Shown here piece by piece: positions 33,771 through 47,034 of a stretch of DNA of 64,000 bases. The first letter of the stretch is position 1. Every line of letters begins with the position of its first letter. The stretch spans positions 817,658 to 881,657 of the forward strand of contig JAUPSS010000011.1 of the NCBI GenBank assembly GCA_040285825.1, read 5' to 3'. Below the pieces are notes generated by a model that was not told the DNA's origin, searched no databases, and saw nothing but the letters and a program-made list of their open reading frames with translations. The position numbers and the translations under genes are program-made. The DNA is from Eukaryota sp. TZLM1-RC. Taxonomy: Eukaryota > Protista > Metamonada: BaSk clade.

Positions 33771-35221
33771 CGATTCTGTTGACTCAATTTGGAAATGAAT
33801 TAGAATCAATAGAAAATTTAAATATTGAGAAACATTTGAAATTCTTTTTCCTAAAAATCTGTTATTCTGGAAAATTTACTCATATTTTGAGATCTACATC
33901 ACCATCAATTTCTTTGGAGTTTTGTCGCATTTTTAATGAACAAAGAACCAATTTTTTAGCAAAATTATTGGAAATTGATGCATCTCAGTTACGAAGCCAC
34001 ATTTTTTGTGGTACAAATTTTTGTGGTGTTGATTTTCATAAATCAAGCTACCTTTGTAAAGCTGCCTTTATTGGAGGTGGAAAGAATTTTATTTATGAAT
34101 TTGTGAATCGTTTTCCTGAAAAAATTCATCTCATTGAAAATTGTGGCAGCTCTTATCTTATTTCTTTGCAACAGGAAATTGAAACACTTTCACCCAATAT
34201 TTGGACTAAATGTTTCCCCTCTGATATTGTGGAACTTCCTTCAAGAAGCTTGCTCTCCTTACCACTGACTTTTGCAAAATTGCAGAAAAAAATTTTGAAA
34301 GTTTTAGAAAACTTGGATTATATTGTACGTCTTAGCTTGGCTAAGGAAAAAAATCCCGTTTTTGCAAACTTTTTGATTGATCTTGAAGACAGTTGCTCAA
34401 GTTGCCCAATCTCCCAAATTCCCAACATTTATGGCCTTCTACTTAATGATCACCAATGGACCACTGCAATGAGAATGAGATGTTTTCTATGGCCTTGTTC
34501 ATTACTAAATGATTTAATTTGTCGCTGCAAGAGTGTTGTTACGCTTTCCCATATTTTAAACTGTAAGTATTTTATAACTTATCGCTCACTTGTTCATGAC
34601 TCAGTTCGTGATCAATTATATGCCATGTGCAAAAGTTTCAATATAGAGGCATTTATTGAGCCACTAGTTCGTAAGCTGTCTTCAGATCAAACTGATGATT
34701 CCTTTGGTAAAAGAAGGGCAGATTTAGTAGCTCCAGGGATCGATGGTGTTCTCAATGTTGTAGACGTTGTCTCAGTGGATGTTTGCAAAAATTCTGCTGC
34801 TCGTTTAGTGTATTCCGCTGACTCGCCGTTATCTAACGCCGAAAAAAAGAAGATAAAAAAAAATATGAAGAACCTTTGGCACAGTTAGGTAGAGTGGAAC
34901 ATGTGAAATATCAGTTTGTGCCGTTTGCAATTTCTCTTTTTGGCAATATTGGACCTTCAGGGTTGCACTTTTTTGAGAATTTCAAAAGAGTGTTACTGAA
35001 TAGGTCTGGTAAAACAATGAACTCCACTTTCTGGTTAAATAGAATTGTTTTTTGCATTTTCAAGTCTATTCCAACAATGATTTCAAAGGCACTTTTAGCT
35101 ATTGGTGTAGAATATGAACGTAATGCTGTGAGTAGGTTCAGTAATAGTGACGCTTGTTTGGAGGATATTGAATTCTAGATGGTTATTTTTATCTCAATAA
35201 ATATTCCAGTTTTTTTTAAAA
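33771..35221 (+). mobile_element. 5'-truncated family C
   Basis: Near identical to 29147-30590; TSD AAATTTTTATAATT (33757-33770, 35222-35235). Confidence 0.92.
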
Positions 35222-35904
35222 AAATTTTTATAATTGTGCCTTTTCCAGCTCTTAACCAACCTCGAAGAGCTGAGTCTGAAATTGGTTTCCAATTTTTGCT
35301 TGTTAATTGTGCTTGTGGATGTTGCAAGTAACGTATTCTGGTTCCAAAGAGGTGTTTTTAGTTATGGCTGATGGTTCAAAATATTCTGCGAGAAACTCAA
35401 TAAGATAACAAAGTATTTATTGAATTTGCACACTTAATTAAATTACTGATAGTTGTTGAAAACAAAAACAATAGATTTTATCAATGAACATTAATCCTCT
35501 GACCACATCTCCGTTTTTCGGGGAAACACTCTAGAATTGATTGAGTCATTCATAGTTCACATTCCAAAAATCTATTTACTCTACGCTTTTCATCTACCAC
35601 TTTTCAAAACATTTGTGGTGTGGGCCAGCATAACAGACTATTTATCCCTTTTGATCCCAACAACAATTTGTATCATTGTGTTTAGCAACATTTATTCCAA
35701 GAGATTATGTCTAAATTAATTTCAGCATGTGTGAAGGATTTGTCACTCCTCTGCTGTTTATTATAGCAGTATTTGATGGTAGCAACTACTTTGTTAATTT
35801 TTTTCTACAAACAGAACTTGTGTTTTTACTATTTTTACTATTTTTTGCTATTTTTATGTGAAAATTAGCATATTATGTTTATCAAAATATTTTTTATACT
35901 TAAA

Positions 35905-36692
35905 GATTCACGAAGATTTGGATTGTGTGCCACTAATGAAGCATTTGTAACAAAAATGAGATTATATTTGAACATCCCCATTAACCAATTATTATGAAAA
36001 GAAAAATGTATTTGTTCGAATTCACCTCAACTCACTTTGCGCCATGCTCTAAATTGCTCTAAATTGATAACTTATCGTTCTTCATTACATGATGCTGTTA
36101 GAGACACTGTTTTCAATATGGCACAAACTGCAAGGATATCGTGTATCAAAGAGCCCCTGCTGAAGGAAACACTTTCTCTGAATAATTTTGGTTCTGATGA
36201 TAGAGGTGATGTATACTGTGATTGGATTGATAATTCTGAAGCTATTGTTGACTTTGTCTCATGTAATGTTGCAAACGATACTTTCGTTCACAGAAGAAAA
36301 CTTAATCCTGTGGCTGCTCTGGATTTTAAAGCAAAAGAAAAACATAGAAAATATGATAAAGAAATTGAAGATGCAAATGTCGATAGAAATACACAGCTGG
36401 TTTTTATTGCTTTCCCATTTTCGATAAATGGAAGATTATCAGTTGAAGCAGAAACTTTTTTGGATGACTTCCAAAAAATGGTGAAAGAAAAAACAATGAA
36501 AAGATTTGATATTTTTTTATGGCGTTCACAGATTCAATTTGCCATTATTAATAGATTACCGCGGTTTTTCAATCGAATTAGAGAAGCTTTAGCTAGACAG
36601 CAAGCAAATCAAGATTTTGTAGAGGAAATCTTGGTTTAATGATAGTCGTCCCATTAGTTATGATTTAATTTAATCAAGTGTGCAAATTCAAT
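35905..36692 (+). mobile_element. 5'-truncated family B
   Basis: 20-bp TSD AAATATTTTTTATACTTAAA (35885-35904, 36693-36712). Confidence 0.92.
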
Positions 36693-39297
36693 AAATATTT
36701 TTTATACTTAAATTCAAATTTTGTTTTGTACACAGTTTTGGTCAGATAAACAGGTAAAATTTTTTCCATTATATACTCATTTTGTATTTGATCCCAATAT
36801 TTCAATGGATGCTGCATTAATAGTTAATTGATAAAGTTGATATAAAATATGTTGAAAGTCGTGACGCTATTCATGAAAGTTACATGAAATGTACCTCTTT
36901 CACCTCGTTCATTTGGATTCGTAATTGACTCTTTGTATAATTCGTACATCAATTTACACTACATAAAAGTCTTTGTTACGATTCCTGTACAAGATTCACC
37001 GTATATGCTGACCTTCACACCCTTCAAAATTTCTGAGAATACAACGCAGACCTCCTTTAGTGCTCAAAAACTGTGCGATTTATTAAAATTAATTCTCAAT
37101 CAAATAGGAACAAAATGACACGTGTCATGTTGATCACAGGTGGCAATTGTAGCACCAACAAAAAAGTTGCACACCTATTTCATGTACTTTTTGTGGGCAG
37201 TACTGCTCACAGATTTAAACTAGAATTCCAGCCCAAAGAATTCAATTCTCACTTATCTGATGTATTTGATCAGCTTGATATTAGTAAAGCGGGTACCATG
37301 CAATTACAGAAATCTGAAAATACAATCGATGGTCCCCTTTTAGCAACGATGGCAAAAACTTTCCAAAATTCAAAAAATTTATTCATCAACAGTACCAACT
37401 GAACTAAAATGAACTAAATGGAATGTGGGAAATTCAACGAAATTTCAGGAAATTGTCAACAGAAAGCATAAAGTCAACCAGTGAAGGCGCAGAGGTTGTT
37501 ACAGAAACTGGGGCCACAGAAGCAGTCTCTTACCTATTACCTGAAAGCCTACAATTGATAAGGCTGCAATTGATTAGGTTGATTTAGTAGAAGGTTAATT
37601 AGTAAAATTTATTCAAGCTGTTGTGTTATCAACATCTGTGATTTGAGTTCTTCCCTAGCTGAGGTCTGTAGTGTAGCTTGCATTTGTTTCAACAAATCTG
37701 ATTGTTGATCACTAATTTCATCCAGAATTGTCTGGTTATAATGCAGAGTTGAAAGCTTCTTCATCATGAGTAATGACACCTTCTATACTGGTGGCTGAGA
37801 GAGGAAAATTTCTCAAGTGCAATACCAGGAAATTCCAGATTAAGTTCACATGAAAAGTTGTCTAAAAGTTTGTTGTGTGCTTGAATCTTTCCAGGGAAAA
37901 GACCTTTTTGTACCACTTTGAGTCATTATACTGGTTTAATCATGTGGTCATGTTGTTGGTAAAAACTACAAAGCTATCAATGGTATCACGTGATATCACG
38001 TGATCATGTATCACCAATGGCTGCAGAGTTGGAGAGATCGGGAAGCTTTTCTAAGGGAGTAAAGGTAGCCTTGGTGAGACGTAGAAGGCGGGCAGCCAGG
38101 ACGGCAGACTGTGAATGGTTGATCTTGACTTGTTTGAGGGCAGAGAATACATTAGTTATGACACTACCTTTCGGCTCTGGAATTACAGGGTATTTAGCGA
38201 TGAAGCAGTGATAATGGGAGGGGACACCAGATCGAGATACTTGTCGTAGTTCAATTCAGCAATATTCAGAGGAACATTGAATATTGTGGAACAAAACGCT
38301 GTGATCAATCTTTTATCGTCCCGTGGAAGACTCAGTTGAGTGCATAGAACTTAAAAAGGGGTTTAAAAAAGTTTAAAAGGGGTTTTGTGAATGATTTTTT
38401 CCATCATTATATTATCACTAAATTATCTAGCCTCTACGTCAAATAAATAGATCCTGTGCCCACTACTCCACCTTCAGCAGTAAATACTTCATAAAGTTAC
38501 AAAACTACAAGTACGAAAAGTTATTTTGATTACGGGGTCAGTTTTAACACAAAATCTGAATATCAGATTGAGGAATATATCAAGATAACAGGACCTGTTG
38601 GTGTTATTCATAACCAAACTACGGTTGGACCGGTCAAATTGTGTCAGGAACAAGAAAACAGAATTGAAACATTGGAGGAACAAGTTGGTAAACATGAAAA
38701 TAAAATGTTCAAACAAGATGTTACAAGAGGACAATCACTCGCCTAAATCGAAAAATGTCAAAAAACGACCGGAACAATATCCATTTCTAAAGGAAAATTC
38801 AACAATATAACAAATGCTCTACATCGAATCTCAAAAGATTGCACTCCAAAGATAAATTAATACTGGGAACAAAATGGATCTAGTTTTGAGAATTGGGTTG
38901 GACAAGATTGGATTCGCAAATCAGTTCCACGTGGTTGGATTGAGTGGTATGTCATAGTATTTGCAAATGAAAATGGTTTTGGAGGTTATTCCATTCTGAT
39001 GGAAGAAAAATCCAGACAAGATAAAAGGTGGAAAAATATTTTGAATTCCAATCGACATTTATGTGGAGCTCGATTGATTGATCGATCAATCGTATATACG
39101 TAACATAACCCAAGTGATGACGTGGCAGTGACAACTAATGATCAATCTTGAATGGTATATACATTACATCCAAACCATTATAACCAAAACATCAACAACT
39201 TCCATACACTACTAACACATATATATGATCAGAATCTTGCCACCTGAAATTTAACAAAACCAAATATCAAAGGGTTGCGAGCGTTCGTAATTCTAGG

Positions 39298-39672
39298 CAG
39301 GCTTCTTTAAAGTTGTAAAGTATTTTAAGAACTTTATCTCACTTTACTTTTCTTTAAGGATCAAAATCATAAAGTTCCAATTTTTCAATAAGCAAAAGTA
39401 TATTGTATTTTTATCTGTTCAATAGGAACTTAGCACAAGTTTTAGGAAGAACTTCAATTACTTCACAAAGTGCCTTCCATTGGTCGGATGGTAATGAGGT
39501 CATTGAACACAAAAAGTGTTTGAAAGGTGTGAGAATATTATTGAAGAGAGAATTTAGAGAAATGGGCAAAAGGATTGAGGCAAACTTTATTGAATTTCCA
39601 ACACTAAAGGAAAGTTTTCAAAATTCTTTTGGAACTTTTAGAAACAATTTTCAGCAACTTTAAAGAAGCCTG
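39298..39672. mobile_element. 375-bp hAT-type MITE
   Basis: Perfect 18-bp TIR CAGGCTTCTTTAAAGTTG (39298-39315, 39655-39672); 8-bp TSD ATTCTAGG/AATCTAGG with 1 mismatch. Confidence 0.88.
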
Positions 39673-41733
39673 AATCTAGGTCATGTTTCTCAATACTGAA
39701 GCTTGCGGGGTCGGGCATGCTGTTGCTTTGCCCTCGTACACCAAGAATACCTGACGTTCCCCTCTTTTGGTTTTCACATCCTTTCGATACTCATCGTCTG
39801 TGCTTCTGTTATTGATCGATCTTCACCACTTTATTGTTCTTGTTGTTATTGCTCATGATCATATTCCTTGCTAGTTCTTTCATTTCTATTCTTCCCTCTT
39901 GTTCAGAACAGTGCTCACCAAGCTACCCACCCAGAATCTCATTATTTTAACCATTTCTCTCTCAAGTTAATCAACTACACTCTTTTGCAGCTCTTTTTAC
40001 AATGGAATTTTTCCATCACTCTGACTCGAACCTGTGACTCTTGGTTTTCTGTTGGTTTTTGTTGCATGTGCTAATGAACCTTTTTTTATCATTTTCCTTG
40101 TTCAATCTAATGTTGATTTTGATGATGTAGTTGTTGTTGGTTGTCAATCTCAGTCTATTGTTACTTCTGATGGTACTATTGATTTAGACACTGTTTTTGT
40201 TCGTGATTCAACTGCCACTGATGATTACTTTGAATTAACCAAAACTACTTCTTCTTTTTTTAAAATTTAGAGTCTCTACAAATATTGTATATTTAATGAA
40301 CAAATGACCTTTAAATATTAATATTTTTATTTATTAAAAAATTGATAAGGGACAAGCTTTTTCTTCTTCTAGTTGTTTTCAGCAGCAGTAGTATTTACAC
40401 TATAAATCTTTTTAAGGGTTGTCTGAATCATTGCATTTTTGTTTTCCAATTCAAGAGTCTCTACTAAATATTGAGAATAATTCTCTTTATTTTCAGTCTC
40501 TATTCACAAATACATAAACGATTGAGTAATCATCAATCATGCAGTTTTCAACTGGTTGCGGTTGATTACGGTCAAGGAAGATCTGATCACGTGTGTCTGT
40601 ATAGTCTACATGCTTTTGGATTTTTTAGGTTTAATACGTGGTATTATTAATAATTATATTTTAACATGAAATCATATTTTGGGCAAATATTTTTCCAATT
40701 AATATTTGTCAATTATTACTTTTAATTTTTATTATTACTATTTGGGTTACTCTTGTTGTAAAAATTAACTCACTTCAGTTGATTTCGATTGACAGGAAAA
40801 AGGATGTTTACTGAAAATGGAATTAAATTCTTAAATTTGTTAAAGAAAAGTTTATTTATTTTAAGGTCTCCACACACCTTACAGAAGTAGTCTCTATTTG
40901 GAGCAAATGTTGTTGTTTTCAGCGCCCTCTATCTGCTTTTTTGCATTTCTTGTGTAGTTATTGTTGTGTTTAATTCGATGACTAACTGTTTCAATTACTA
41001 TTACTATTAGTGCTATTGTGTACTAAGTTTTGTGCTAAGTTTTTGTGGCTGATTTATTGGTCCCTTTGCACATCTCTTGAGTAGGGCTTGTGATATTCAT
41101 TTCACAGTAATATTATAGAAATGCCGTTTTTCATTGCTCAAACATCACTAGTTATCTCACTAATCCACTGTTTTTCTTTAGTTTAACAATATATTCTTAC
41201 AGATACAATGTCCAGCGGTTGGAAAAATTGCATTGGAAATTAATTGGGTCCTAATTTTTCGGGCGAATTAATTATTACAATGACTACATTAATTGGGCAA
41301 TTAATTACAATTGCCGGTGTTTCATTAGATTATTTCAAAAATACCATTTTTTTACATCAAACAATTCTGTTCTCAAGTCCGTCAACTACGTTGTACACTG
41401 CAGATCTCAACATTTCTTCACTGCAAAAATCCCAATTATAGTTTAAAAGTAATTGCATCTTCAGATGGACGTCACTTAAACCATGACGATGCAGACCAAT
41501 CATTGACTTAGCTCTTCTGAATAGCCACTCAACCTCGACTGATGTGGATGAAATAAAAGACAAATCTATATAAGATCGATTTTGATCAATTGAGTGAGCA
41601 TTTTGACGGAGTTGTATCTTTTCCTGAACTGTTCGCTTTACACCAGCATCAGTTAAAGGAAGAGAAAGTGATGGAGGTGGTGTAAGTGAAGAAGTTGTTT
41701 CGAATCACGTTTACGTGAGGTTAAAGACTGCTC

Positions 41734-41827
41734 TGTTGGGTTGCGCACAAGTGAATAGGGGAAAAGTACGTTTATTATGCAAATAACACATTATAATAGT
41801 TGACACGTCATCATACCTAATGCTTCA
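41734..41827 (-). repeat. 3' LTR of element 2
   Basis: Direct repeat of 45586-45679; preceded on the minus strand by PPT AAGAAGAAGAAAAAAGGCAG. Confidence 0.95.
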
Positions 41828-44800
41828 CTGCCTTTTTTCTTCTTCTTGGAGGTAACTTCAACTTACATTGTTTGACACAGTGCAGAAGCTGATCGTTGAT
41901 ACGTGAGCTGTCTTTAAGTGAATCTAGCGGTTCCAATTGGGAGATCCCATTTGCAAAAGTTACGTAGAACCACAATCCATCTGGTCTTTCTTCATGGTCA
42001 GTCACCGCTTGAACTACTGTTTCATTGCGATCGTTAGCGGCTACTTATCTTGCATGTCCATCTAGGATGTTAAGCTGTATCCTTGCGATCATGTCAGACC
42101 ATCTTAGTGAGGGGTTCTCAGCTAAAAACTTCTGGAGTGTATCTAGAATGTCTCTGTTTTTTCGCTCTACAAGTCCATTGCTTTGATGCCAATGTGGATA
42201 AGAATGTGTTTGTTCAATTCCCAGACGCTTCGTAAGAATATCCATTATTTGGTTACAAAACTCTGCACCATTGTCAGAATGAAGTCGTAGTGGTGATCCA
42301 AAAATAGAAAAAACTGAATTGTAGAGGGCGTCAGCTACAACTTCCGATGACTTGTTCTTCAAAGGGGTTAAGAACGCAAAGCGAGTGAAGGCGTCTACGC
42401 AGACCAGAATATACGAATAACCGTGCTCGTCTTTAGGTAATTCCATAAGATCTATATGTATACATTCAAATGGAAAATCTGAGAATAATGTGCCCGAACT
42501 AGTTGTACTTGGTCTTCCATGTTTCTTGGACTTTTGACATGCAGCACACTCTTGAACATATTGTTCAACGTCTGACTTCATTGTCTTCCAATGCAAGTTT
42601 TTTGACTTTAATTCTGCTAAGGTTCGAGAAGTAGAGGCATGATCGGCATGACTAGCTTTCAAGATTTCCCTTCTGAGGTTCTCTGGAACTTCAAGGGTTG
42701 GGTTTGTGTTGAGAGATACAAGGAAGTCTTGGAATGTGACAGGTGTATATGAAGTCGACGTAAAGCAACGACTTAATGAATCAGAAAGCTCATTGTTTTT
42801 ACATTTTATGTGGAGAATTGAGAATTCATATTGTCCCAGAACAGGAAGCCAGCGTTGTACCATGGGATTTGAGCTTTTATGAAGGTGAAGTAGATTCTTG
42901 TGGTCTGTGAGGATAGTAAATCTTCTGCTGAGTAAGGACTTAGAAAGTGAACATTGAGTGAGAGTGTTGACGATGGCATAAAGCTCCTTGATGTTTGTAG
43001 ACCAGTTTTTTTGACTTTTCAAAAACTTTTTGGAGTGAAAACACAAAGGAACAAGGTCTTGTTCGTTCAGAGGTATCGAGGGGTCGAAGCTTGTTCTCGA
43101 CGTCTTGAAAATCGCTCCACCAATTCCTTCATCTGAAGCATCCGTGATTACAATCAAATGATCTGAAGGGCTTGGTAGGTTCAGGGGTACAGCTTTTGTT
43201 ACTGCGTTTTTCAATCGTTGGATGCTGTCCAGGTGATGTTCTGCCAAATGAAATTTTGCGTCTTTCGCTGTTAAATCATAAAGGGGCGCAGTTATGGAGG
43301 CAAAGTGGGGAATGAAATCCCTAACGAAGTTTACAAGACCTAATAGCGAGCGAAGAGTTTTCTTATTGTATGGACGAGAAAACTTTTGTATCGCTTCTAC
43401 CTTCTCATGATGGATTTTCTTCTGTCCGTCCTCGAACATCACACCTAAGAGAGTAAAGGGGTTGGTTTTAAGTGTTATCAGCGACTTTTTGGCGGACAGT
43501 TTTATTCGAGATTTTCGTGCATTATTCAGCGTTTCGTCTAGGTTTTTGAGGAAATCTTCAAAGTTCTTACCCAATACTATCAAGTCATCGATGTAAATTT
43601 CAGTGTTGTCGTTCTTAAATATTCTTGTCATCAAACTCTGAAACACGGATGGGAGGTTTTTCAATCCGAACGGTGAGCGAAGGAACTGAACAGATTTTCC
43701 GGGTACCGAAAGGGTTGTTTTTGCAATGTCTTCGTTTGCTACCGGTAGTTGGTAGTAGGCTCAAGGAAGATCAAAGATACCAATATAGTTTGCTTCTTCA
43801 ATTTTGTTGAAGATCTCTTCAGATGTAGGTAAATCGATGGTTTCGGATCTTGTTTGTTCATTTAGTTTGGTGTAATCGCCACAGAGTCTGGGTTTCTTGG
43901 TGCGATATTCAAGCAGTACAGCAGGAGCCCTGAATTGGTTTGTGTCTGATTCCAGGCTATAACGAGCAACACCTTTGGAAACCAAGTCATCCAAGATTTC
44001 ATGTGCGATTTTGAGTTTTCTGGGTAGAAGGAAACGTGGTTTAGAAGTAATTTTCACCGATTCATCAATAAGTGGAATTGTCATAGGCGGTGAATCTATA
44101 CCGAGCTCATGGGAATCACCTTCAAATACTTCAGCGTACTTCTTAACAATACTTTGTACTACATGTTTTTCTCCTTCAGCTAGGCTAACCGGAATAGTTT
44201 CCCAGTCTTGTCGCTGGTCTCTTTCTGGAATGCGTTCCTCATTGAATGAAGGTGCGGAGGGTACTGTTACATTATCGTCATCAAGATTTGGATCGCTAAT
44301 TAACGAGAAAAGGTCGTCAGCAGTTTGGATACCAATTTCAACAAGCACATCTCTTCCTAAAATTATATCGTAATCGATGTCATGAATGATAGCAATTGTG
44401 GATATTTCGACAGGAAAGTGAGTTTGAATGACGAAGGAGACTTGAGATTCATAGTGGGCTTGAGAAGTGGAGTTGATGCCTTTTACGAAGCAAGTTATCG
44501 GTCTGGTCTTTAAGCGAAGTTCAGATACGAGTTTCGGTGAGATATAAGTTCTATCCGAACCCGTGTCAAGCAAACTATTAACAGTTTTAGAGTGTATAGT
44601 AACCGGAACAGTAAAGGGTTCGTTTTTTCTTGAGGCAGAGGCTGAGTAATTTACGGTGTTTATTACTGGAGCAGTTTCATTGTAAGAGCGATGTCGAGTT
44701 GGTTTTGAGTTACCGTCCTTAAACCAACATTCAGATGGTAGATGGCCCTTTTTCTTACAGATGTTGCAGAATTTTGAGGTTCTTGATGATTTTTGGCCAG

Positions 44801-45585
44801 TTTCGGAATTCCTTGTTTCGGAACTGCTTGTGTTCCTTTTGGGGGCTTTAGATGGATTCATCAAAAAGGGTTGAGCATCAATGATTCGACCATATTCGGC
44901 GATGGTTTTCCTTAAAAATGTTTCGAAGTCCTTGCATTGGGCAGACTTGGCCTCGATACGGAGCAGTAATGCTTGAGTGAATTGCTGATTTCTTAAGCCT
45001 TTGGCAAATCGGGTCATGAAGTAGTCGTCTTGTAATTCAAGTAAGGAGCATCTTCTTTTCAACATGAGAAAGTTTGAAGCATACATAACAAGGTTTTCTC
45101 GTTTGGGTATTTCTTCGGAGCTCTTCGTGATGTAGGTGGCCTTCAGAGTCCTATGGGCTTCTTCGACTTTTTTAAACTTCGTTTTCTTGACTAGGAAATC
45201 GAATATGCTTCTTTGCGATTTCAATGCTTTCCGATGGAAGGTGTAAATATAGTTTAGTACGCCTTTCGACAGGTGACGTACGTGTAAGGTTCAGTCCCTT
45301 GGGGTAGGTCTCATCAGAGGCATTAAATACTAGTTCTTCTGATTCAGAGAGACCCGCTTCGTCTTCAGTCTCTGAGCCATCGTTGGATTCATCGGAGGTG
45401 AAAGCAGCGTCTTCCACTTCTTCTTCTTCTTGGTTTTCGTCTTCTCGGTTTGAGACCTCGAGACGTTCAAGACTATATGTGAAGAGAAGTTGGTCCAAGA
45501 ACCATACGATTTTGTCGGCGTCCTCGAGCGAGTTGAGCCGAAGTTCCTCTCCTTTGTTTGGAGAACGAGAGAACAATGAATTCAT

Positions 45586-45679
45586 TGTTGGGTTGCGCAC
45601 AAGTAAATAGGGGAAAAGTACGTTTATTATGCAAATAACACATTATAATAGTTGACACGTCATCATACCTAATGCTTCA
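45586..45679 (-). repeat. 5' LTR of element 2
   Basis: Minus strand TGAAGCA...CCCAACA, immediately followed by the gag ATG at 45585. Confidence 0.95.
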
Positions 45680-47034
45680 TGCTCATCATTGTCCAAAACC
45701 TTTGTAACAGCCAATTCAAAGTCAGGAGAGTGCATAACTTTGGAAGGATAGCTGGCATATTTCTTGTCTGGAAAATCTATCTACAATTCTGAAAAGATAT
45801 CCTTAACTTCTAGTAAGTTAAGTGTTTTGTTTTGAATCAGCTTATTAACCTCTTCTAACGAAGCACGTTTTTCTCGAATATCAGTAAGAATTCGCTCTTC
45901 TACAGGAGTTGGAAGCATACTCAGCACAGCAGCATCTGCAGACTTCAAAAGATCTGCGGGCGATCAAGAACAACATTATACATATATCATTTTATATCCA
46001 TTTATATCATTTTGTCATCTCCAACTTGGAATGAATTTCCAATGAAAAAAAAATCCAACTTGGATTTATCATTTATATCATATTGGATGAACAATAATAG
46101 GAGCGAACAAGAGAGAAGTTGAAGTCCAGCGTGTTTCACATCTTCTTGATGGAACAGAAAAGTTAGACAACGAAAGTCCAAGGGCCCATTTAGAAAAAGC
46201 TAACTTAGCAAGTAAAGCTTGCTAAGTTAGTTCAAGCTTCTTAAACAGATAATCAAAATCCTTGGAGTAATCACGAAGTTCAAGTTGAAAGCGATGCCCT
46301 GCACAACCAATCAAAGGAACATTTGCTAAAGATGTGTTAGTGCTGCAATTATCACCTACAATAAACTTAATGTCATTGATTTTTTGTCAAAATCTTCGAT
46401 AACTTTTTCGATAAAGGTAACAAGAGCGTCTTTACCGAAGAACGTCTGCGTTATAGAATAATTTTCGATATTTACATCTACTGCTGATGAGAAAGGGTGC
46501 AATCCCAGCAGCAAAGGAGTACTGTGACTGGGTGTACAGCAAAAAATTCCCAAATAATGGAGGTTAGAGCCTTCTTCCTGCCAACCGTCCAACATTAATC
46601 CCAACGGCAATTTGGTCCTTGACACAGATAGAGAGTTGTTCAACGTACTTTAGCAAAGTTTTAATACAGAAAATGATCAATAGAGGAAAACTCGATGTTT
46701 ATCTCATCTTCGACAAAGTTGAAGGGTTTAAGTCCCTTGATGACCCATTTCAGCCATTTAAAATAGTCACTGAATTTATGATTGACGACAAAGGAGTCTA
46801 GAGTCAGCATTTGACCATTCATCAAGTCAGTGTACTTTTGTTAGAGATTGTGATGTTTGTTCTTCAAATGGTTAGCAAGATCAGTCCAACCATTGCCTTT
46901 AACTACCATTGTCGAACACTTGCATACACACGGCGAGCCTTTGGAGGTTCGGCATGCTGAAGGGCCCTGTAAACAGAAGAAGAGTTGACATTGCGGTCAA
47001 AGACAGGTGTTTATAAAGATGATAAACTATACTA

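Larger units (their letters stand above)
41734..45679 (-). mobile_element. Ty3/gypsy (chromovirus-like) LTR retrotransposon, element 2, disabled and internally deleted
   Basis: 94-bp LTRs with 1 mismatch; 5-bp TSD TGCTC (41729-41733, 45680-45684); CNICKKKGHLPSEC, LDTGS, KPRLCGDY, YIDD, TDAS, SDNGAEF; chromo-like tail 41817-42044; in-frame stops at 43761 and 42045; frameshift near 45200. Confidence 0.95.
41340..47020 (-). pseudogene. hAT transposase remnant interrupted by LTR element 2
   Basis: GWTDLANHLKNKH (BED-like), LMLDGWQ, GDNCSTN..GCAGHRFQL, ETRWTS, and dimerisation domain STSVEVEWLFRRAK at 41357-41563. Confidence 0.82.

Noticed and set aside
37985-38004. Tandem palindrome ATCACGTGAT x2 (E-box-like)
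   Set aside because: No associated gene start or element end could be established.
40542-41230. Possible second MITE with CAGTTTT.CAAC-like ends
   Set aside because: The inverted match is poor and there is no TSD.
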